Of a stretch of 54,964 nucleotides of DNA, positions 48,470-54,964 are shown piece by piece (position 1 is the first letter of the stretch; each line of letters begins with the position of its first letter). Origin of the DNA: an uncultured Candidatus Saccharibacteria bacterium (GTDB lineage: Bacteria; Patescibacteriota; Saccharimonadia; Saccharimonadales; Saccharimonadaceae); contig CALHZJ010000114.1 in the NCBI GenBank assembly GCA_938041005.1, positions 1-54,964 on the forward strand, read 5' to 3'. A program made the position numbers and the translations under genes. The notes beneath the pieces were generated by a model that saw nothing but the letters and a program-made list of their open reading frames with translations, did no database searches and was not told the origin of the DNA.

Positions 48470-50683
48470 CTATTCCGCCAGCAGTTCCTCAAGCTCTTCT
48501 GGACTAGAAATCAAAACATCGCGCGGCTTAGAGCCGTTCTGCGGACCAATGATTCCTCGCTCCTCCATCTCTTCGATGATTCGAGCGGCTCGTTGATAAC
48601 CAATTCCCAAACGCGTTTGCAACATACTCGTTGAGGCCTTGCGTCGTTCAACCACCACACGAACCGCATCCTTAAACTTATCGTCACCACCTTCCGACAA
48701 GTCCATTACGACTCCGCCCTTGCCGTCTAATTGAACTGGCTGAGCCACCACTTCGTCATTGTATTGTGGCGCCATCTGCATGCGCAAATGATCAGTAATT
48801 TTATTCACCTCGTCATCTGTCACCCAGGCACCCTGAATACGCCTTGGTTTGCTCATACTAGTTACGTAAAATAGCATATCTCCTTGACCCAATAATTTCT
48901 CAGCACCAGATTGGTCTAAGATCGTAATACTATCAACCTGGCTAGCCACTGTAAAGGCAATTCGCGCCGGCACATTCGCCTTAATCAAACCAGTAATCAC
49001 ATTCACGCTAGGGCGCTGCGTTGCCAGCACCAAGTGAATACCCACCGCTCGCGATTTCTGCGCCAAGCGAACAATTAGCGTCTCAACATCCTTTTTAGCC
49101 ATCATCATAAGATCAGACATCTCGTCCACCACAATCACAATATACGGCATCGATCCATCTTCATGCTCCTGAACATTGCCATTTTCATCAGCAATCGCAA
49201 TCTTCTTAGCGCGCGACTGCAACCTCTTGTTGTATTCCTTAATATTACGGATTTTCTCGCCCGCCAACAATTTGTAGCGGCGCTCCATCTCATTCACTGC
49301 CCACTTCAAAGCTGAAATGGTCTTTTCCGGCTCGTTAATCACTGGCGTAAGAAGATGTGGAATATCGGCGTACGGTGCCATTTCGACCTGCTTCGGGTCA
49401 ACCAAAATCAACTTCATATCACTCGGACTATTGCGATACAGCAAGCTACATAGCAAGGTATTAATCATCACAGACTTACCAGAACCCGTTTGTCCAGCAA
49501 TCAACAAATGCGGCATCTTCCCCAGCTCGCCCACAACAACTTGACCAGATATATCTTTACCAATTCCAAAACTCAAAGGATCACGAGCAGCAGCCCACTG
49601 TTTTGATGACAACGTACTTCGTAGTCGCACTTCGGCAGCCTTGCGGTTAGGCACTTCAATACCAACCGCTCGCTGACCGGGAATTGGCGCCTCAATCCTT
49701 AAACTTTGTGCCGCCAAATTAAGCGCAATGTTAGTTTCCAGCGCCGTAATTCGCGTCAATTTAACCCCACTTGGTGGTCTTAGGGTGTATTGCGTAACTT
49801 TTGGACCAACATTAATGTCGCCCATCGCCGCCTCAATATTAAATTCAGCCAGCGTATCGTGAATTATTTGGGCATTCTGGCGCGTATCTCCAGCATCAGC
49901 ACCACTTTCATTCTTCTCTAATAGATCCAGGCTTGGCGCTTCCCAATTCGGATCACGAGTTGCCACCAAAGCCTGTTCTTCATTGACCTTCTCTGGCTTC
50001 TCCACTTTCTTCAATAAGCTCTTTTTCTCTTTGGCCGTATCAATTATTGGCACACCAGCGTTTAGCTTAATTTCTCCCAGGTCGGTCTTTTTCTCTTCTT
50101 CCGTCGGCTGAGCAATTGATGCCTTCTTCATAACAGAACGATTATCATCGTCCTCCTTGGTATTGCTCTTAATCATCTCCCAAAGTTTACTGAAAACTGT
50201 AAACGGTGACGTTTGAGTAATAAATAGAACTGTTATAAACGCCAAAACTAGATAAATAATCACCGCAATTGCCGAATCTACCATTTTCAAGGTTGCCGTG
50301 TTTAATATGTCGCCCACAAATCCACCAGAATTCGGACGTGAAGCCGTCTTCATTAACCCAAACAATCCAGAAAACCACACAATTTCCAGAATTGCCGCAA
50401 ATTTCACCACTGCGGATAATTGATTCTCTTCTGCTCGGAAAGTCTCAACCGCCAAATAAATCAGCAATATCGGCAAGGCGTACGCCGTATAGCCAATTGT
50501 TTTTACGGTCGCCATATCAATCCATTGTAAAACTGGACCACCGACGCCAAACCACGATACGACGAGTAGTAGCGACAAAAGAATAAGCATCACCGCGCCA
50601 ACTTGCGACCAAAAACCCGCCGGCAAACTATGCTGCGGCTTGGCTGGTGCGGATTTTTTCGTGCTCTTTCGTTTTTTTGCCAT
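48470..50683 (-). CDS. ftsK: DNA translocase FtsK
   Basis: 4-TM N-terminus, PHLLIAGQTGSGKS, ATQRPS, gamma domain GYQRAARII. Confidence 0.97.
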   Translation of the reverse strand: MAKKRKSTKKSAPAKPQHSLPAGFWSQVGAVMLILLSLLLVVSWFGVGGPVLQWIDMATVKTIGYTAYALPILLIYLAVETFRAEENQLSAVVKFAAILEIVWFSGLFGLMKTASRPNSGGFVGDILNTATLKMVDSAIAVIIYLVLAFITVLFITQTSPFTVFSKLWEMIKSNTKEDDDNRSVMKKASIAQPTEEEKKTDLGEIKLNAGVPIIDTAKEKKSLLKKVEKPEKVNEEQALVATRDPNWEAPSLDLLEKNESGADAGDTRQNAQIIHDTLAEFNIEAAMGDINVGPKVTQYTLRPPSGVKLTRITALETNIALNLAAQSLRIEAPIPGQRAVGIEVPNRKAAEVRLRSTLSSKQWAAARDPLSFGIGKDISGQVVVGELGKMPHLLIAGQTGSGKSVMINTLLCSLLYRNSPSDMKLILVDPKQVEMAPYADIPHLLTPVINEPEKTISALKWAVNEMERRYKLLAGEKIRNIKEYNKRLQSRAKKIAIADENGNVQEHEDGSMPYIVIVVDEMSDLMMMAKKDVETLIVRLAQKSRAVGIHLVLATQRPSVNVITGLIKANVPARIAFTVASQVDSITILDQSGAEKLLGQGDMLFYVTSMSKPRRIQGAWVTDDEVNKITDHLRMQMAPQYNDEVVAQPVQLDGKGGVVMDLSEGGDDKFKDAVRVVVERRKASTSMLQTRLGIGYQRAARIIEEMEERGIIGPQNGSKPRDVLISSPEELEELLAE

Positions 50684-50790
50684 AATCGTTTTTATTATAC
50701 ACTGATTTTACACTTATTAACAGATATAAAAAATCAATCTACTACGCTTAGTATTATAGCACAATTTACCAGTAAAATCAATCTAGAACC

Positions 50791-52950
50791 CTAGTACGGG
50801 CGCGCGTTCTGTCGCTCTCTGGCTTTTGTGTCATTTGCTTCAGTATCTGGCACTTGGCGCTGCGGGAAACGGCGGCGTGGAGCAGTTGGAAGAGTCATTT
50901 TTGACTCGTCTGAGGCAGGTTTTTTACCGCGCGCTGGCGATTTCACAGCAGAATGCGTTGGCGTAGCTGCCGACTTAACAGATTTCAATCCACCAACTTC
51001 ATTTATCACTGGAATGACAATCGGCGTTCGGCGAGTCTGATCATACAATATATGCGTAATCTCATCTTTAATTTCTTTTTTGATCACATCCAAATCATAT
51101 TTGCCAGAAAAACTACGCGCCGCTTTTTGCTTCAAGTATTGGCGAATCATATTCATCAACTCTTCAGAGTCACGCAAGTAAATAAATCCGCGAGAAATAA
51201 TGTCTGGGCTGGTCAATAATCGTCCCGTGCCACGCTGTACGGTCAGCACCACAACAAACATTCCCTCTTGCGACATGTGAATGCGATCTTTCAATACAAC
51301 CTCAGAAACAATTGCACCAGTATCATCATACATTACTCCGCCAACGTGAATTCGCCCAGCTTTCTTTGCTTGCCTTTCAATATCAATTTCAATAATATCT
51401 CCAGCATCACACACAAAAATATTCTTACGAGGAATTCCACATTCCTTTTCCGCCAACCGAGCATTATGCACCAACATATGGAATTCGCCGTGAATTGGCA
51501 TGTAATAAGTTGGGTTAAGCGCGTTGATCAATTTAACGTGATCGTCATAATAGCCGTGACCTGACAAGTGCAGAGGACCGATTCCTGTCAGGTGAGTTTT
51601 GCCGTTCTGAATAACGTCAGAACCTTCACGCATCAGACCGTCAACCGTTCGCACCACACTTTTCTCATTGCCAGGAATTGGATTTGAGCTAAACACCACA
51701 ACGTCCGAGCCCTTAATTTTCATATATTTATGAGCGCCCGTCGCCATGCGATTTAAGACAGCATTAAATTCACCTTGCGAGCCAGTACAAACTACGGCAA
51801 TTTGATTATCTGGTAATTTAACAATATCTTCCATCTTCATAATGGTGTCTTTAGGAATCTTAATCGTCCCCGAACGTAGCGCCACCTCTAGGTTTTGGAT
51901 CATCGAGAATCCAGCAAATGCCACCTTGCGTCCGTGCTTATGCGCCTCTTCCAAAATTAATTGCAAGCGATGCACCTGCGACGAGAAGCAGCTCAAAATT
52001 ACTCGACTATTGCTAAACTTGTCCATCACCTGACCGATGGAATACTGAATATCAAACTCCGTATGTGTGTGCGTACCGGCCGACTCACAGTTGGTCGATT
52101 CATTCATAAACATCAAAATGCCTTCTTTTGAAGCTACTTCCGTAAGTCGCTCAAGGTCGAACTTCTGACCATCAACTGGACTTTCCTCGAATCGCCAGTC
52201 ACCAGAATCGACAATCACGCCCATTGGAGTTCGAATAATCACCGCCGTAGAATCAGGAATTGAGTGGTTAACTCGCACCAACTCGATTGAAAAATGCTTA
52301 GAAACTTGAACAATTTCGTGACTCAGCGGATCCATCACTCGATAATCCGGCTTGAAATCCACTTCTGAATCGTCCATCGTTCGATCAAGCATGCCAATCG
52401 TAAACTTAGAGCCATAAACTGGTGCTGGAATACGATGAATGAAGTGACGGAACGAGCCAATGTGGTCAAGGTGTCCGTGCGTAAAAACATGCGCCTTAAT
52501 TTTATGCTTATTCTCTTCCAACCAAGTAATATCTGGCGTGATGTAATTGATGCCTGGATAATCGCTGCCCGGGAACAGAAAACCCATATCTACGATGATA
52601 ATCTCATCATCATATTCGATGGCGTTCATATTCTTGCCAATTCCCATTTCACCCACGCCACCAATCGGAATAATCCGAAGCTTCGGCTGACCGCCGCGAA
52701 CGGGTTTTGGTTGCATTTTTGCACTAAATTGCTCGCCGCCGTATCCGTTGTAAACTGACTTGTTCACTGGAATATCAATCAAGTGCTGTGAAGCCCTGAG
52801 ATTAACATTCTCGCTCGTTCGTCGCTGAGCTCGGAAAACCTCACCCTTACGAGTAGTTGTGCTATTCAAAACTGCATTGTTACTTTTCTTTGACTGCGGA
52901 CGCTTGTTGGCGTCGTCTTTTTGCGGTGTTGCTAGTCGCCGCTGACCCAT
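50791..52950 (-). CDS. rnj: Ribonuclease J
   Basis: THGHLDHIG, NHSIPD, ESTN, HLSGH, PIHGE; AAGGAG SD before ATG 52950. Confidence 0.96.
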   Translation of the reverse strand: MGQRRLATPQKDDANKRPQSKKSNNAVLNSTTTRKGEVFRAQRRTSENVNLRASQHLIDIPVNKSVYNGYGGEQFSAKMQPKPVRGGQPKLRIIPIGGVGEMGIGKNMNAIEYDDEIIIVDMGFLFPGSDYPGINYITPDITWLEENKHKIKAHVFTHGHLDHIGSFRHFIHRIPAPVYGSKFTIGMLDRTMDDSEVDFKPDYRVMDPLSHEIVQVSKHFSIELVRVNHSIPDSTAVIIRTPMGVIVDSGDWRFEESPVDGQKFDLERLTEVASKEGILMFMNESTNCESAGTHTHTEFDIQYSIGQVMDKFSNSRVILSCFSSQVHRLQLILEEAHKHGRKVAFAGFSMIQNLEVALRSGTIKIPKDTIMKMEDIVKLPDNQIAVVCTGSQGEFNAVLNRMATGAHKYMKIKGSDVVVFSSNPIPGNEKSVVRTVDGLMREGSDVIQNGKTHLTGIGPLHLSGHGYYDDHVKLINALNPTYYMPIHGEFHMLVHNARLAEKECGIPRKNIFVCDAGDIIEIDIERQAKKAGRIHVGGVMYDDTGAIVSEVVLKDRIHMSQEGMFVVVLTVQRGTGRLLTSPDIISRGFIYLRDSEELMNMIRQYLKQKAARSFSGKYDLDVIKKEIKDEITHILYDQTRRTPIVIPVINEVGGLKSVKSAATPTHSAVKSPARGKKPASDESKMTLPTAPRRRFPQRQVPDTEANDTKARERQNARPY

Positions 52951-53092
52951 ATTGTTATACTCCTTTTTTATTACAATATAATTCAAAAACCAGGTATAGA
53001 GGTGAACTGATGTAAATTCCTCTAGTTAGTACTCTTATATTAGCAAACCGCTCATTTTTTGTCAAAGAACAATGTTTTATAACAGAGGTCAA

Positions 53093-54964
53093 TTAATCAT
53101 CGCCATCCACCGACGTGTGTGCGAATTTACGCTTGCCACGATAAGCGAAGAAGCCGATTGTCAATAAATTAGCCACCAACAAGAATCCAACCAAAACCCA
53201 CATACTGCCGCCGTAAAATGCGTTATCTAGCCCGCCCGAAATAGCCTGGCGCAATGTGCGAATCGAGTAAGTCATCGGCACTAGCGGATTAATTGCCTGG
53301 AAAAATCCGTTGGCAGTTTGGATTGGGAATGTTCCTTCGCTGGAGCCCAATTGGAGCACCAAAAGAACCATCGCTAGGAATCGCCCTGGATTATCCAAAA
53401 CAATCACCAAAAGCGACACAATCGACATATACGCAAACGACGTCAGATAAATTGCCCCGATAAAATGCGCTGGATGCTCTGGAGTTAGCCCTAAGAAAAA
53501 CACCATCACCAACATCAAAATCGTTGCCTGCATAAAGGCCGCCACGCCAGCCACCGAAGCTTTGGATAGCCACCAACGAATCGCACTTTCCTGTTCAGAA
53601 AAAGTTTTGCGAATCGGATAAATAACATTCAGAACAATCGCCCCAACAAACAAACTTAGCGACAAAACATACGGCGACAAAGCGTAGCCATAGTTCGGAA
53701 CATTGCCTTTTTCGGTCGTTTCTGACTTCACTGGATTTGCAATTTGCTGTTGAGTCGTAGCGCCAGTTGGCTGAATTTTTATATGATTAGAAGCGTCCGC
53801 CAATTTATTCGCCAGCGTGTCCGCGCCGCTTGCCAGTTGCGAAGTTCCATCAATCAACGCGCCCGAGCGACTTTCTAATAAACTTGCGCCATTCGCCAAT
53901 TTTTGACTGCCCGATTTTGCTTCACTTAAGCCGTTTGTTAAGCTTGCCGAGCCCGCCAATAATTGGTTGTTCGCAAATCGCACGCTGTTATAGCCGTTAA
54001 ATGCGGTGATTGCGTTTGGCGTCAATTGATTCACGCCGTTATTCAATACAGAAACTCCAGCCTGAAGCTGCGTTTGTTGTGCTGATAGTTGCTGTTTTAG
54101 CGCTTGAAGATCTTCACGTAGCGTCCCCATCTGTGCGATAATCGTCTGAGTTTTCGTGAATGCTCGAGAAATATTGCTAATTTGCGGCAAACTTATCGTC
54201 GTCGTAGAATTGCCACCAGGAGCGGCTGCTTGCGCGCCCAAAGTCCGCAAAGTATCGCCCGCCGTCAACAAGTCGGATCTCGAATCTTGTATTGTTTGCA
54301 CCAAAGTTTGCGCTTCCGTTTCTACCTTGTTTTGCTGAGCCACGAGCGCTGGCGATGGGTTACTCACGCTGGCGTTTAACTGATTTATGCCCGATTGCAA
54401 TTGTTTCATTCCGTCAGATAATTGTGACAATTGAGATTCGGTCGGCAAATTGTTCGACAATTGCCCCAATCCCGCCTGCAATTTACGAGAACCGTCGCTA
54501 AGTTGCGCCAGTCCGCCAGTCAAGGATTGCTGATTTACCGCTAATTGCTTAACGCCGCCAACGTATGTTTGTGTGCCAGATTGCAATCGCCCTAATCCGT
54601 CGTGCAAAGTTGATGCGCCGTTAGCTGCCGTATCTAGCCCTATTCCAAGCTTGTCCAAATTCTCCAAAATTCCCTTAGCGTACGCCTGAGTGATTTGCTC
54701 AGACACCGAAGATTTGACCTTGGCGGCAGCTTGATTACTGACTAGCGAACCAATATAGTTTTTCGCTGGCGTGGTCGTAAAATTAATAACCGCTTGCTGA
54801 GGTTCAGATTTGGTAATTGACGCCGCTTTCTGCGAAAAGTCGGACGGAATAGTTACCACTGCATAAAAATGCCCGCTATTCACGCCTTCGTCTGCTTGCT
54901 GCCTACTAACAAACTCCCAGCCCAAATCGTGATTATCTTTCAGTTTTTTTCTCGACAGATTCGC
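53093..54964 (-). CDS. YhgE/Pip (EsaA-like) membrane protein, 5' part outside the window, possibly frameshifted
   Basis: IPSDFS, 'L.DG...L..G' heptad repeats, VPNYGYALSPY, six C-terminal TMs with EGTFP and PMTYSI. Confidence 0.88.
   Translation of the reverse strand, partial: ANLSRKKLKDNHDLGWEFVSRQQADEGVNSGHFYAVVTIPSDFSQKAASITKSEPQQAVINFTTTPAKNYIGSLVSNQAAAKVKSSVSEQITQAYAKGILENLDKLGIGLDTAANGASTLHDGLGRLQSGTQTYVGGVKQLAVNQQSLTGGLAQLSDGSRKLQAGLGQLSNNLPTESQLSQLSDGMKQLQSGINQLNASVSNPSPALVAQQNKVETEAQTLVQTIQDSRSDLLTAGDTLRTLGAQAAAPGGNSTTTISLPQISNISRAFTKTQTIIAQMGTLREDLQALKQQLSAQQTQLQAGVSVLNNGVNQLTPNAITAFNGYNSVRFANNQLLAGSASLTNGLSEAKSGSQKLANGASLLESRSGALIDGTSQLASGADTLANKLADASNHIKIQPTGATTQQQIANPVKSETTEKGNVPNYGYALSPYVLSLSLFVGAIVLNVIYPIRKTFSEQESAIRWWLSKASVAGVAAFMQATILMLVMVFFLGLTPEHPAHFIGAIYLTSFAYMSIVSLLVIVLDNPGRFLAMVLLVLQLGSSEGTFPIQTANGFFQAINPLVPMTYSIRTLRQAISGGLDNAFYGGSMWVLVGFLLVANLLTIGFFAYRGKRKFAHTSVDGDD

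Noticed and set aside
3821..54501. Many 60-140 aa ORFs antisense to or nested in long genes (gyrA, gyrB, pil genes, rnj and others)
   Set aside because: Shadow frames of well-supported genes with no recognisable motifs or start signals.
53790..54660. Repetitive sequence in yhgE as a DNA repeat array
   Set aside because: These are degenerate protein-level heptad repeats normal for YhgE/Pip.

Overview
Core-genome segment of a Saccharibacteria (TM7, CPR/Patescibacteria) chromosome, probably Nanosynbacter-like. The assignment rests on the TM7-type 16S motif AAACATAAAGGAATTGACGG and on CPR-typical gene content. Most genes are on the minus strand. RNA genes: a stand-alone 16S rRNA (no 23S or 5S attached), six tRNAs, tmRNA, RNase P RNA and a probable 6S RNA. 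Protein genes: gyrBA, an LPKTG-tailed surface protein, an orphan VirB4/VirD4-like ATPase, comM, infC-rpmI-rplT, rpmB, miaA, thrS, nrdR, a GT2, ndk, a Xer recombinase, a secretin-less type IV pilus locus with a candidate adhesin, ychF, tlyA, efp, rpsF-ssb-rpsR, ftsK, rnj and a partial YhgE/Pip gene. No CRISPR array, IS or prophage is seen. The most notable unannotated signals are: (1) a 36-nt CCA-ending minihelix with the G3:U70/A73 alanine identity set, inside the tRNA-Ala/Ile/Val operon; (2) a ~1.3-kb island without long ORFs, carrying a promoter-driven, highly structured unknown RNA, a second small promoter-terminator unit and an 11-6-11 palindrome; (3) a relic 3' end of carbamate kinase (arcC), suggesting deletion of an arginine deiminase operon; (4) a likely poly-A frameshift in yhgE/pip. 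All structures and family calls were made by eye, without searches.
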